DNA of 64,000 bases from positions 76,138,001-76,202,000 of the forward strand of contig CM059432.1 of NCBI GenBank assembly GCA_030390025.1. The letters are read 5' to 3'. Under the pieces are notes generated by a model. It saw nothing but the letters and a program-made list of their open reading frames with translations, ran no database searches and was not told the DNA's origin. Positions within the stretch are counted from its first letter, which is position 1; each line of letters opens with the position of its first letter. The position numbers were made by a program, and so were the translations under genes. Of the stretch, positions 1 through 13,056 are shown in pieces. Source of the stretch: Squalus acanthias (lineage: Eukaryota).

Positions 1-1309
1 CTTTTTTTTTTCCCCCAGACTGCTTTGTCACTGTCATGTCTCTGCATATTCCATGAGGTCCTACTCTGTTCTTTATTTGAAATGAAGGAGCGTGTCACCG
101 TCAGTCTTTTCAAAGCGAAGGTGCCTGGCTCTCTTGTGGGATCGTGTGTGCGTGTGCTGCCCAGTCAAAGGGAATTCCCAACTCTGAATGACCACGGTGG
201 CAGGTGGGTACTCGAGCTTTGCAAGTTGTTTCTGCTCCTGGTATGTCCCGCAGACCAGGGGAAAGAATGGGTAGTGGAATTAAATTGCATTTGCTGGTCC
301 GCACTGAATGGAGACAAATAGCACATCGGAGAGCATTTCACCGCAAAGTAAATCAATGCATCAAATGACTTATATTTAACCCACCACAAATAACACACAC
401 GCAATCCAATTCGTGAGGAATTTCAGACGGCTTATGGACAACGCATAATACATCTATAGGATTATTGAGTTGCCGCATTACTTTCATTAAAGCCAGAACC
501 ACTCGTAAAATGTTATTGTGGAAATAATTATTTTTGATAATTGCCTGTCTGTACACTCTTCTAACTTTATATTGATACTATTGTTGATAAATGATCAACA
601 CTAAATATACAAACATAAAATATCTATTTAAAAAAAAAAAATCAGTAGTTCAAGAATGTGGTCTGAAAGTGCCACAGATATACTGTTTGAAATAAGAGCT
701 ATTTCATTCTGTTCATGACTATAGGACCTGAGGGCACAAATCTGCATTTTTTTTCCTTTTCTCTCTTTTTACCTCTTGAGGGCACTAACTCTTGCTGGGT
801 ATGGTTCTGTGGGTGCAAAGACACACAAGTACAGGGGACCCACCTTTTATTGACTTGACTGACTGTCATATGATCAATTGTGACATGATCAAACCTTTAG
901 GAATACATCCAAACACAGTTGACACCCTAAATTACAAGAAATTGTTAAAGCTCTGATGAATATTGGCCACTCGAGTGAAGTACTGATGAACGATGTACAC
1001 CAATAAAACTATTTTCTAAGAGTCTGTGCCTTGGGGGAGAGAAAATTTCCAAGGAAAACATGTTTTTCCTTTTGCCTATTTTGCTCTCTACAGAACGTAT
1101 TGACTATTGTCTGGGGTGTGGTTCCACAACCATACTGAATTCATAAAGATCTTGTAAATTAAGATCACCGGTGCTCGGTATGAATAAAATGTCAGATTAC
1201 AACTGTTAAATTTGCTGAAGTCCAGAAATTGGAAGAATTTATTTCAGATTTATTATTTCAAATGAATTCTGGCCTTTTATATATTAAAAAATTGTATATA
1301 AACTTTGGT

Positions 1310-1464
1310 ATAAAAACAGAAAATGCTGGAAATACCCCGCAATGTCAGGTAACATCTGTGGAGAGGACCTGAAACATTAATCCTACCATCTTCTCTCCAC
1401 AGATGCTGCCTGATTTACTGAGTGTTTCCAACATTTGGTTTTTATTTCAGATTTCCAGCATCTG
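1310..1464. repeat. Degenerate palindromic Penelope-end element
   Basis: taaaaacagaaaatgctggaaata...tttccaacatttggtttttatttcagatttccagcatctg; same family as 16385-16620 and the 56801 Penelope end. Confidence 0.65.
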
Positions 1465-2108
1465 AGCTTCCATCACACACACTGCCTACTTCCACCTCTG
1501 TGTGTCTCCTGCCTCAGTCCATCTGCTGCTGAAATCCTGATCCATGCTTTTGTCACCTCCAGACTTGACTATTTGAGTGCTCTCCTGGGCTCCCATCCTC
1601 CACCCTCCATAAACTTAAGCTCATCCAAAACTCTGCTGTCTGTATTCTAGCCCGCACCAAGTCCCACTCACCATCACTCCTGTGCTTGTTGACCTACATT
1701 GGCTCCTGGTCCACCAGCACCTCAAATTTAAAATTATCATCCTCTCATTCAAATGCTTTCATCCCAATGACCCACCCTATTTCTGTTATCTCCTGCAGCC
1801 CTACAACCCTCTGAGAACCCTCTGCATTGCTCCAACTCTGGCCTCTTCCACATTCCCTTTCACCCTATCATTGGCGGCTGTGCCTACAGCCATCTAGGCC
1901 CTATGCTCTGGAATTCCCTTCCTAAACCCATCTACCTTTCTCCTTTTTAAGACCTTTCTTAAAACCTACCTATTTGACCAAGCTTTTAGTCACCCCTCCC
2001 AATATCTCCTCCTTTGGCTCAATGTCAATTTCTGTCTGATTACACTTCTATGAAGTGCCTTGGGATGTTTCCCTACATTAAAGGCACTATATAAATGCAA
2101 GTTGCTGT
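1465..2108 (+). mobile_element. L2 LINE 3' fragment
   Basis: Encodes LSPSAAEILIHAFVTSRLDY and LHWL...FKI motifs, and ends with the L2 tail aaaggcactatataaatgcaagttg. Confidence 0.85.
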
Positions 2109-3784
2109 TAGAAATTTGGTAGTCTAGTAAATAAATTGCAGGTATGATTGTGTGCTTTTCGATCAGGATTGTTAAAATATATGCAGCTATGCACAGTAGC
2201 TTACTATGGCAGGCAGAAAAAGTAAAAATCCTTCAGATTCCTATTGGAAAATAAATAATGACACTTTTTTTGCCTCGATAAAGTTGGCACTAAGGAGCTG
2301 AAGGTGACAGTGTTTTGAGATGCTTTCCTACCTCTGCTGGTTATATATCTATTCCAGATTCATGAACTCCATATTTTGTTTGGTGCTGTGTAGCACAGCA
2401 ATCCTGATTTTTTTTTTTCTAAACTGGCCCCAATTGGAAATACTCTACATACAATCATAGATGCAATCAGATTGCTCAGTCAGACAAGCAAGTACAGAAG
2501 AGTAATTGTGAAAAGTGTTTACTTACGTGTTGCCATGGATGATAGACCAGCTGTGCAGATGATCTTCCCTGAATGATTAGATTGCTAACACCATTAATAT
2601 GTTTAAAGCTAAATTCTGCCATTGCACATTTGCACACCAAAAAATATCCTCACAATTTATAGGAAAACTTAAAGAAAAACTCTGCTTTCATAATTCTCAA
2701 ATACCATTAAGTATAACTTGAAGGATAGTTTGTTTAAATCATTCCTCGTCCTTGCCATTGATTCCCTTCCTCATTGAAACACATGATTTTTATTTTAGCT
2801 ACTTTCACTGAGATCCACTGCCTCCACGTAAACTGGAAGTGATGTAGCGCTTACTGATCCAACTTTTGTTCTGTATGATTAACCAGACTATGCTTTGTCT
2901 TTGATCTGCAGAAATTAGTAAGGAAACTGTTACACATAGTGAAACTGCTGGTTTCTGTAGAAAGAAAAAAGCAATAGAAAAAGTAGTTGTACAATGCCTA
3001 CAGACAGATGCAAACAAAATTACTTTATGGCAATGTGGCTGATTTTTAGAGAGGGTGCAATTTTTTCGTGTGTGATCTTTAAATTAATTTCTATAATGTA
3101 ATCTTAGAACCTTCTCTAGGAGAATAAGTGTAAATAGCAGTTTTTTCTTCTATGGCAGTATAAAATTGACATTGCTGCAGTAGTTTCTTACTCCTTCCCC
3201 TCTTTTTATCCCCTGCCCTTGTAACCAGATTATTTGGAGAGACTCTGAAGAGTGTTCATAGTGCAGTAGTTCCTGCTCCCATGCTGTATCTTTGAATCTC
3301 AGCTGAGATCCTTGCAAAACTGAATTATATTGCTTCATTGTTTATGTTGATCTGAAAGCTACACATTCATAAAGATTAGTGCAGTTTTACCACTAGAATA
3401 ACCATACTCTTGCCTTTTAATTAGTGATATCTGCAAGTAATAATGTTAAACAATTAAATAAATTAACAGCAAATACTTTTAATAACTATATAGCTAGAAA
3501 AATCACAATTTTGCTACTTCATCTGTACATGCATTCAAACTTGCATCTACAGTATTTTTAACAAAACTACAACACTTGGTGATTGTAAAAGTACACTTGC
3601 TGACCTTTTTAGGAGTGTTTTACAATTGCTGCACAATTACCATAAATATAAAATGAGCAGACCTGCTGCTGTTCTACCTGTTTGTATATTTCTGAAAGTG
3701 GGGTTTGGAAAAAATGGGTCCTCTTGTCCTGTGAAGTAAATTTAAAATAAATCCTTGTAACATGCCTGAATTTTCAAACATATT

Positions 3785-4529
3785 GGGCCGAAAATTGATC
3801 CCGGGACGCGAGAGTACGCACTGCGTACTCTCGCGTATTCCCACTCCAATTGCCGGTTTTCTGCATGCCCTGCGCATGCGCTGAAAACCGGCAATTGCTC
3901 TTCTGAAAAGGGGGCGGGTCCTGGGTGCATCGCGTGCGCGCTACAGGCTGCGCGCACGCTGTGCACTTCATGCTTTGGACGCGCAGGTAAGTACTGAAGA
4001 TTTTGGAAATGTAAAAAGGAGGAGTAAGACCCGCTTTTAAGAAGGTAAGTAGTGAATTAAGTATTTTTTTGAATTTTTTTTTTTACAGGTATATCTTTTT
4101 TAGAGACTTTAAAGACAGGTAAGTTTATTTTTATAACTTTTTAAAAGATTTTAAATTTTTTCAAAAATTTAATTTTTTATTTAAAATGGTTAATTTAATT
4201 AACTATACTTATTTTATTAATGTGATGGTTTTTTTTTAAATTTAATTGAGGTTTAGCTGTTATTTTGGGGGGGTGTAAGATTCATAGATTTCACAGCCAT
4301 GCTGTGAGACTTATGAATGGAAGATGGTGTGCTGCCATTGGCTCTAACTGAGTCACGTGATCCCACAGCTCGCACGAATTCACTACGCCGCTGGGATACG
4401 CAAGCCCAGCACAGCTGATGTCTGGAACATCAAGTTCGTGCGAGCTGGATCTGAAAAAGCACAAGCGAGGTGAGACATCGCGGGGAAGGCTTACCCCCGC
4501 GGGAACAGAGCGAGATCAATTTCTGGGCC
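3785..4529. mobile_element. Non-autonomous DNA transposon (PIF/Harbinger-type MITE)
   Basis: Imperfect TIRs gggccgaaaattgatcccg / cgagatcaatttctgggcc, flanked by att/aat; CpG-rich subterminal palindromes. Confidence 0.7.
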
Positions 4530-4997
4530 AATGACACTGCCAGGATCTTATGATCAGTTTGTCCCAGAACCCCCCTCCCCCCACTCGTGGAATCTGTAGG
4601 CAGAATATTTAATAGTTTTAATTTACTCCATTCATTTGCACTTGACTCCTTTTTTTAATTGGGTCATTGCATAGTAAAGTATTCTTTCCCATCTGCCCGC
4701 TCACCCTCCAAAGATTGTTTTTGGTTTTTATAAGTGCATTTAAGGGTTCAGCTGCAGTAAGGAAATTATGCAGAATGAATGGAATGCATATTGGGTACAT
4801 GACGAGGACTAGTGAGTTCCTGGGACTTAATTAGTTACTAATTTAACTCCGAGAAGAAAACAAAAGCACAAATGTAGAGGAAATAGAAATATTTTTATTA
4901 ACTAGTGTACCAGTTTCCTTAAAGGTGCAGTAAGGTTCCTGTGTGAAATGAGTGGAGACAATTTCAATCCATTTCCCAATAGCATTAGACCCACCAT

Positions 4998-5451
4998 GAA
5001 AGAAAGAAAGACTTGCATTTATGCAGCGCCTTTCACAATCACCGGATGTCCCAAAGCGCTTTACAGCCAATGAAGTGCGTTTGAAGTGTAGTCACGGTTG
5101 TAATGTAGAAAACACAGCAGCCAATTTGCGCACAGCAATGTGATAATGACCAGATCGGTTTTTTTTTTAAGTGATGTTGATTGAGGGATAAATATTGGCC
5201 AGAACACCAGGGATAACTCCCCTGCACTTCATCAAAATAGTGCCATGGGATCTTTTACATCCACCTGAGAGGGCAAACGGGTCCTCAGTTTAACGTCTCG
5301 TCCGAAAGACGGCCCCTCCGACAGTGTAGCACTCCCTCAGTACTGCACTGGAGTGTCAGCCTAGATTTTTGTGCTCAAGTTTCTGAGTGGAACTTGAACC
5401 CACAACCTTCTGACTCCGGCGAGAGTGCTACCATTGAACCACAGCTGACAC
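4998..5451 (-). mobile_element. Deu-domain tRNA SINE (SacSINE1-like) with L2-type tail
   Basis: Reverse complement of the 59811-60259 copy: tRNA-like head, Deu core (ggtggatgtaaaagatcccatggcactatt) and (ctt t)n tail. Confidence 0.85.
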
Positions 5452-6345
5452 CTATTGTAATTGATGGACAAATCATGGGTCAGTGCACTGTTGCATCAAA
5501 TACAATTAGGGGCTGTGTTTTTGGATCAGTTTGAGCTGATGAGAGTGTATGTGGATATTGAGGAAATGCCACCACAGGTTTGATATGCTAAATTCCCAGT
5601 TGATTCAAAGTCATAAAGCTTTCCATTCAACTTGGGTGATGTAAGAACATAAGAAATAGGAGCAGGAGTAGGCCATTCGGCCCCTCGAGCCTGCTCCGCC
5701 ATTCAATAAGATCATGGCTGATCTTCTACATCCACTCCATTTCCTGCACTATCCCCATATCCCTTGATTCCCTTAATATCCAAAAATCTATCGATCTCTG
5801 TCTTGAATATACTCAACGACTGAGCCTCCACAGCCCTCTGGGGTAGAGAATTCCAAAGATTCACCACCCTCTGAGTGAAGAAATTTCTCCTCCTCTCAGT
5901 CCTAAATGGCCGACCCCTTATTCTGAGAGTGTGACCCCTGGTTCTAGACTCCCCAGCCAGGGGAAACATCCTCCCTGCATCTACCCTGTCAAGCCCTGTA
6001 AGAATTTTGTATGTTTCAATGCGATCACCTCATTCTTCTAAACTCCTAGAAAATATAGGCCTAGTCTACTCAAGCTCTCCTCATAGGACAATCCCCCCAT
6101 CCCAGAAATCAGTCTGGTGAACCTTCGTTGCACTCCTTCTATGACAAGTATATCCTTCCTTAGGTAAGGAGACCAAAACTGTACACAATACTCCAGGTGT
6201 GGTCTCACCAGGGCCCTATATAATTGCAGTAAGACGTCTTTACTCTTGTACTTAAATTCTCTTGTAATAAAGGCCAACATACCATTTGCTTTTTTAATTG
6301 CTTGCTGTACCTGCATGTTAACTCGGTGATTCATGTACAAGGACA

Positions 6346-7746
6346 AAGGAAGAAAGGGATAGACTGAGTAATTACAGGCCAGTCAGCCTAACCTCGGTGG
6401 TGGGAAAATTATTGGAAAAAATTCTGAGGGACAGGATAAATCTTCATTTAGAAAGACACGGATTAATCAGGGACAGTCAGCATGGATTTGTTAAGGGAAG
6501 GTCGTATCTGACTAACTTGATTGAATTTTTTGCGGAGGTAACAAGGAGGGTCGATGAGGGTAGTGCGTTTGATGTAGTCTATATGGATTTTAGCAAGGTT
6601 TTTGATAAGATCCTGCATGGCAGACTGGTCACAAAAGTAAAAGCCCATTGAATCCAAGACAAAGTGGCAAGTTGGATCCAAAATTGGCTGAGGCAGGAAA
6701 CAAATGGTAATGGTCGAAGGGTGTTTTTGTGACTGGAAGGCTGTTGCCAGTGGGGTTCCGCAGGGCTCAGTACTGGGTCCTTTGCTTTTTGAGGTATATA
6801 TCAATGATTTGGGCTTGAATGCAGGAAGTATGATTAAGAAGTTTGCAGGTGATACGGAAATTGGCCGTGTGGTTGATAATGAAGAAGAAAGCTGCAGACT
6901 GCAGGAAGCTATCAATGGACTGGTCAGGTGGGCAGAACAGTGGCAAATGGAATTCAATCTGGAGAAGTGTGAGGTAATGCATTTGGGGAGGGCTAACAAG
7001 GCAAGGGAATACACTATAAATAGTAGGACACTGAGAAGATCAGAGGGACCTTGGAGTGCATGTCCACAGATCCCTGAAGGTAGCAGAATAGGTAAAGGTG
7101 GTTAAGAAGACATAAGGGATACTTGCCTTTATTTGCCGAGGCATAGAATATAAGAGCAGGGAGGTTATACTTGAACTGGAAAGAAACACTAGTTAGGCTG
7201 CAGCTAGAATACTGCGTGCAGTTCTGGTCACCACATTACAGGAAGGATGTGATTGCACTAGAATGGGTGCAGAGGAGATTTACGAGGATGTTGCCTGGGC
7301 TGGGGAATTTTAGTTATGAGGAAAGATTGGATTGGCTGGAGTTGTTTTCTTTGGAACAGAGGAGGCTGAGGGGAGACCTAATTGAGGTGTATAAAATTGA
7401 GGGGCCTAGATAAGTGGGTAGGAAGGAACTATTTCCCTTAGCAGAAGGGTCAATAACCAGGGGGCATAGATTTCAAGTAATTGGTTGGAGGTTTAGAGGG
7501 GATTTGAGGAGAAATGTTTTCACCCAGAGGGTGGTGGGGGTCTGCAACTCACTGCCTGAAAGGGTGGTAGAAGCAGAGACCCTCATCACATATAAAAAGT
7601 GCTTGGATATGCACTTGAAGTGCCGTAACCTACAAGGCTACGGGCCAAGTGCTGGAAAGTGGGATTAGGGTGGATAGCTCTTTGTCGGCCGGCACGGACA
7701 AGATGGGCCGAATGGCCTTCTGTGCTGTAAATTTCTATGGTTCTGT
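6346..7746 (+). mobile_element. 5'-truncated CR1 LINE (second subfamily) inserted antisense inside the 5642-11990 CR1
   Basis: RT motifs QHGFVKGRS and GVPQGSVLGP. The host sequence tacaaggaca|cccagatccc is split, with gaca repeated at 6342-45 and 7747-50. Confidence 0.88.
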
Positions 7747-8277
7747 GACACCCAGATCCCTCTGAACACCAACATTTCCCAATCTCTCTCCATTTTAAAA
7801 AATACTCTGCTTTTCTATTTTTCCTACCAAAGTGGATAACTTCATATTTCTCAACATTATATTCCATTTGCCATGTTCTTGCCCACTCACTTAGCCTGTC
7901 TATATCCCCTTGAAGCCTCTTTGCATCCTCCTCACAACTTCCATTCCCACCTAGCTTTGTATCATCAGCAAACTTGGATATATTACATTTGGTCCCCTCA
8001 TCCAAATCATTGATAAAAATTGTGAATAGCTGAATCTTTGGAATTTTGGAAAATGACGACCAATGCATCCACTATCTCTATAGCCACCTCTTTCAAAACC
8101 CAAGGATGTAGGCCATTAGGTCCAGGGGATTTATCCGCTTTCAGTCCCATTAATTTCTCCAGTACTATTTTTTTTTTTAATACTAATCTCTTTCAGTTCC
8201 TCATTCTCGCTCGACCCTTGGTTCTCCACTACTTCCAGGAGGTTTTTTGCGTCGTCTTCCATGAAGACAGACACAAA

Positions 8278-9159
8278 GGGCTGGATTTTTGTCAATGGGG
8301 ACGTGATGGAGGCGGGACTCCCACTTTTTGGGTTGTAGTCCCGCCTCCATCGACTTGTGGCCAACCCACTATTTTCCCTTGATTGACCTTGTTAAGCCCG
8401 CCCAGCGGGCTTAGCAGGCCAATCAAACATAGAAACATAGAAACTAGGAGCAGGAGTAGGCCATTCGGCCCGTCGAGCCTGCTCCACCATTCAATACGAT
8501 CATGGCTGATCATCCAAATCCAGTACCCTGTCCCTGCTTTCTCACACAGAATCCCCATCGAGCCTGCACCAACACATATCCCACCCTATCCCCGTAACCC
8601 CACGTATTTAATTCCCCCTAACATATCCCATCCTATCCCCGGAACCCCACATATTTAATCCCCCCCTAACACTAAGGGTCAATTTATCATAGCCAAATCA
8701 ACCTAACCTGCACATTTTTGGACTGTGGGAGGAAACCGGAGCACCCGGAGGAAACCCACGCAGACACGGGGAGAATGTGCAAATCCCTTGGATACAGGTG
8801 ACATCAGCCATTGAAATTTCATCTGTCAAGAGCTTTTGACAGATGAAATTTCAGCGTTTGATAGCTCTGTGAAGCTGTCAAACACTGACAATATGATTTC
8901 TAAAGTGAGTCCCTGTACTTAGACTCAGTTAGAAATCAATCCAGCACAGAAAGCAGAGACTGCAGATTTTGACAGTTCTGCGGCCATTCTGCTTTCTGTG
9001 CCGTGGATGTGAGGGACTTGGCACTAATCCCCTTCCCGCCTCAGGGAGGTGGGTACCCGCCTCCTGGGAAACTGGCATGGGGGCGGGATGGGTTCGGGAC
9101 CCCCGAATCTGCTATTTTCACACCACTCCCACCTCCACGGGCCGGTGAAAATTGAGCCC
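8278..9159. mobile_element. PIF/Harbinger-type MITE nested in CR1
   Basis: TIRs gggctggatttt / aaaattgagccc; 3-bp TSD aaa (8275-77, 9160-62). Removing the insert restores CR1 gaagacagacacaaagtatt. Confidence 0.8.
8428..8785 (-). mobile_element. 5'-truncated V-SINE (HE1-like) with CR1 3' tail, nested in the MITE
   Basis: V-domain tttgcacattctccccgtgtctgcgtgggtttcctccgggtgctccggtttcctcccac on the minus strand; CR1 tail ending (tttctatg)n. Confidence 0.8.
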
Positions 9160-10295
9160 AAAGTATTTGTTTAATTTCGCTGCCATTTCCTTATTCCCCA
9201 TTATAATTTCTCCTGTCTCAGCCTGTAAGGAACCCACATTTACTTTTGCTAATCTTTTCCTTTTTACATACCTGTAGAAGCTTTTACAGTTTGTTTTTAT
9301 GTACTCGCTAGTTTAATCTCATTCTATTTTCCCTTTCTATATCAATTTCTTGGTCCTCCTTTGCTGGATTCTAAAATCCTCCCAATCCCTCAGGCTTATT
9401 GCTCTTTTTCACAACATTATAAGCCTCTTCCTTTGATCTAATACTATCTTTAACTTCTCTTGTTAGCCACGGTTGGACCACTTTTCCTGTGAGGTTTTTG
9501 TGCCTTAAAGGAATGTATATTTGTTGTAAATGATGTATTAATTCTTTAAATGCTAGCCATTGCTTCTCTACCATCATACCTTTCAATGTAGTTTGCTAAT
9601 CTACCTTAGCCAACTCGCCCTTCATACCTACATAGTTTGCTTTGTTTAGATTTAAGACCCTAGTTTTGGATTTAACTAAATCACTTTCGAGCTTAATATA
9701 AAATTCTATCATATTATGGTCACTCTTCCCTAAGGGCCCCTTTACTGCAAGGTTATTAATTAACCCTTTCTCATTGCACAATACTAGATCTAAAATAGCC
9801 TGTTTCCTAGTTGGTTCTTCAACATACTGATCTAGAAAACTATCTTGTATACATTCCATGAATTTGTCCTCCACACTATTACTGCACATTTGGTTTGCCC
9901 AGTCTATATAGATTAAAGTCCCCCATGATTACTGTATTACCCTTGTTACACGCGACTCTAATTTCCTGACTTATACTCTGCCCTACATTACAACTACTGT
10001 TTGGGGGCCTATAAACCACTCCCACCAATGTTTTCTGCCCATTGCTGTTTCTGAGCTCCACCCAAACTGATTCTATTATCTTAATTTTTGGAGCTAAGAT
10101 CCTTTCTCTCTACTGTCTTTATCCCATCCTTTATTATCAGGGCTGCCACTTCTCCTTTTCCATTTTGCCTATTTCTTCTAAAAGTTAAGTATCCTGGAAT
10201 ATTTAGTTCCCAACCTTGGTCACTTTGCAACCACGTCTCCTTAATGGCTATTAGATCAAACCTACTCATTTCTATCTCTGCTATTAATTCATCTG

Positions 10296-10535
10296 CAGTA
10301 AACTATTTCTTATCCGGCACCTATGGGACCAGAATGGTGCCGGTTGGTGAAAAATTCTGGATAACAGAGGTATACCTACCAAGGCAATTTTTAACACAAA
10401 TAAAAATAAAATATCAAGAAATGTACTGTATAATTGGGTACTCACCTACAGAGTGTTCCGTTAAATGTATGGTAGAAGATGCCGGTTATTAAAGTATTCC
10501 GGATGATAAAGTGCCGTTTAAACAAGAGTTTACTG
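10296..10535. mobile_element. Tc1/mariner (pogo/Tigger-like) MITE nested in CR1
   Basis: TIRs cagtaaact / agtttactg; TA on the right, TG on the left; interrupts the CR1 endonuclease start. Confidence 0.75.
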
Positions 10536-11093
10536 TATTTTGTTGCGATTGTTTCGCGCATTCAGATATAGTGCCTTTAGCTTTGACTTTTTTCTATTTT
10601 TCCCTGATGTCACCTTAGTCACTGATGCCCTATTACCTTTGTTACTCTCTCTGTCCCTTCCTGATCCACTCTGCTTATTTTTACCCAGAACTCTGCTCTG
10701 CTCTAGAGCCTTGACATTTCTCTTGCTGCTTTTAAATTTACCCTTTCCTGAATCCTCCCACCCTCCCTTCATTAGTTTGAAGCTCTGTCAACTGCCTTAG
10801 TTATTCGATTCACCACGACACTGGTTCCAGCCCGGTTTAAGTGGAGCCCATCCCAACGGAACAGCTCCCTCTTTCACCAATACTGGTGCCAGTGCCCCAT
10901 GAAGCAAAACCCCTGCCTTCCACACCACTCTTTGAGCCACGCATTTAACCTTCTAATCTGCTTGTCCCTATGCCAATTGGCGCGTAGCTCAGGTAACAAT
11001 CCAGAGTTTATTACCTTTTAGGTTCTGCTTTTTAATTTGGACCCCAACTCCTCAAACTCTCTCAGCAGAACCTCATTCCTAGTTCTACCTAAG

Positions 11094-11726
11094 TCATTGG
11101 TTTCTATGTGGACCACGACAACTGGATCCCTCCCCCTCCGACTCAAAGTTCTTCTCCAGCCGCGAGGGGATGTCTTTAACCCTGGCACCAGGCAGGCAAC
11201 ACAACCTTCGGAGCTCTCGGTTGCAGAGAACAGTATCTATCCCTCTGACTATACTGTCCCCTACCACAACTACATTCTTTTTCACTCCCACTACTTGAAT
11301 GGCCTCCTGCGCCATGTTGCCATGGTCAGCTTGCCAATCCATCCTGCAGGCTTTTCCCTCATCCACATAGGCAGCAAGAACCTCATACACATTGGATAAG
11401 GACAAATGCTGAGGCTCCTCCAGCACTTCACCTGGAGTCCCCTTACCTGCCTGAGTTGCAGTCACACCCTCCTGTCCCTGACCACTAACCAGACCTGTAC
11501 CACTACCTAACCTAAGGGGTGTGACTGCCTCCTGGATCAAAGTGTCCAGGTAACTCTCCCCCTCCCTGATGTCCCGCAATGTCTGCACCTCAGACTCCAG
11601 CTCAACAACTCTGAGCTGAAGTTCCTCAAGATGCAGGCACTTACTGCAAATGTGGTTGTCTGGGATCAGAATGCTCTCCACAAACTCCCACATGCTGCAG
11701 TTGAGGCACACCACCTGCACTGCCAT
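11094..11726 (-). pseudogene. CR1 ORF1 fragment (zinc finger/leucine zipper plus start of SGNH esterase)
   Basis: CLNC...CSKC, then coiled coil LEELQLRVVELESEVQTL, then VVVVGDSIVRG...CCLPGARVKD. Confidence 0.85.
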
Positions 11727-12674
11727 CCCTATATGACCCTGTTCTATTTAAATTAAATTTGTATTTAAGTAATTTAGTTTACAGTTTTGTTTCTTGACTA
11801 CTTAACTGATCTAGATTAAGTTATGGGTAATGAAATTAAATATCTACCTGTAACAAAGCACTACAAGTAGTGTAGGCAAAAAGCAGCAACTCCTTCCCCC
11901 TCATCTCCAAATTCCCAAATGAAATACTCTGTTTACGTGCACTCTGTTTAATTCTGCTCAGTCACCAGAGCAGTCTAGCAGTAAGAAATTTGAAGTCTTT
12001 TAATATTAGAAATTTTACTATATACACAGTTGAGGGTTAGACACGGAAGTTAGGGGAGACAAGAATGAATAAGTTTGAAGAGGCTGTCGAAGGTGGGGAA
12101 AGATTTAGCAAGGGGTTTAAGGAGAGAGTTTCAGTTATGGTGGCAAGATGACACAAAAGCTCAGCCATTAATGGTAAAGTAGAGGTGTTAGAGGATGGTT
12201 TTTCCTTTTATGATATGTTCCATCTGTTCCTTAAAAACAATAAGATTCTTTAAATGTTGACGTCAAGTGTTTATAGTTTTATTAAGCATACAGTCCATGC
12301 AATAGTACTTGGGCATACACTTCAAATATATTACTTAGAACCACACCTGATGGTTGGGGACTCAAATGCATTAACTGTTGTGAGCTCAGTAGTCAGGTTG
12401 CTCAAACCCTATCAATCCAAGTCTTGTTAGAGTCTGCCTCTTCACTAAGCTACATGCTCCTTATCAAAACAGCCATATATGGCAAGCTACACAGACCTGA
12501 GCATGTCTTGTTCACGTGTATAGCTTTACACCTTTAAACTGCAGAAAAGTTACTACTGGATAATTTTACAATACTTCTATTGATTGACATGAGTGAAGAT
12601 GTAACACCTTGCTTTCCACCTCCTTGGGCTACTTGTATCTTGCCCCTATTATGTGTAGTGACCATTAGCATGAC

Positions 12675-13056
12675 TGCTGCCCATGTCCTGACTCTCACTG
12701 AGTCTCGTTCACCCATCACCCCTGTGTTCACTGACCTACCTTAGCCCCCGGTCCAGCAATGCTGCGATTTTAAAATTCGAATCCTTGTTAATTCTGGCCT
12801 CCTGTGCATCCCTGCTTTTAATTGCCCCACCATTGGCGGCCAAGCTGTCAGCTGCCTAGGCCCTAAGCTTCTGGTATTCTCTCCCTAAATCACTTTTCTC
12901 TCTCGCTCCTCCTTTAAGAAGCTTATTAAAACCTACCTCTTTGACCACCTGTCCTAATATCTCCTTATGTGGCTTGGTGTCAAATTGTGTTTGATCGTTT
13001 CTGTGCTGTGCTTTGGGACCTTTTACTACATTAAAGGCGCTATGTGAATGCAAGTT
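12675..13056 (+). mobile_element. L2 LINE 3' fragment
   Basis: cccatcacccctgtgttcactgacctac...aaaggcgctatgtgaatgcaagtt, homologous to the other L2 copies in the window. Confidence 0.8.

Larger units (their letters stand above)
5642..11990 (-). mobile_element. Near full-length decayed CR1 LINE (ORF1, APE endonuclease, RT) with nested insertions and an internal RT deletion near 8031
   Basis: ORF1 at 11094-11726; endonuclease fragments at 9371-10772; KFADDTKLGG at 7586-8068; [19 protein letters not shown]; 3' tail at 5642. The 5' boundary is approximate. Confidence 0.9.
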
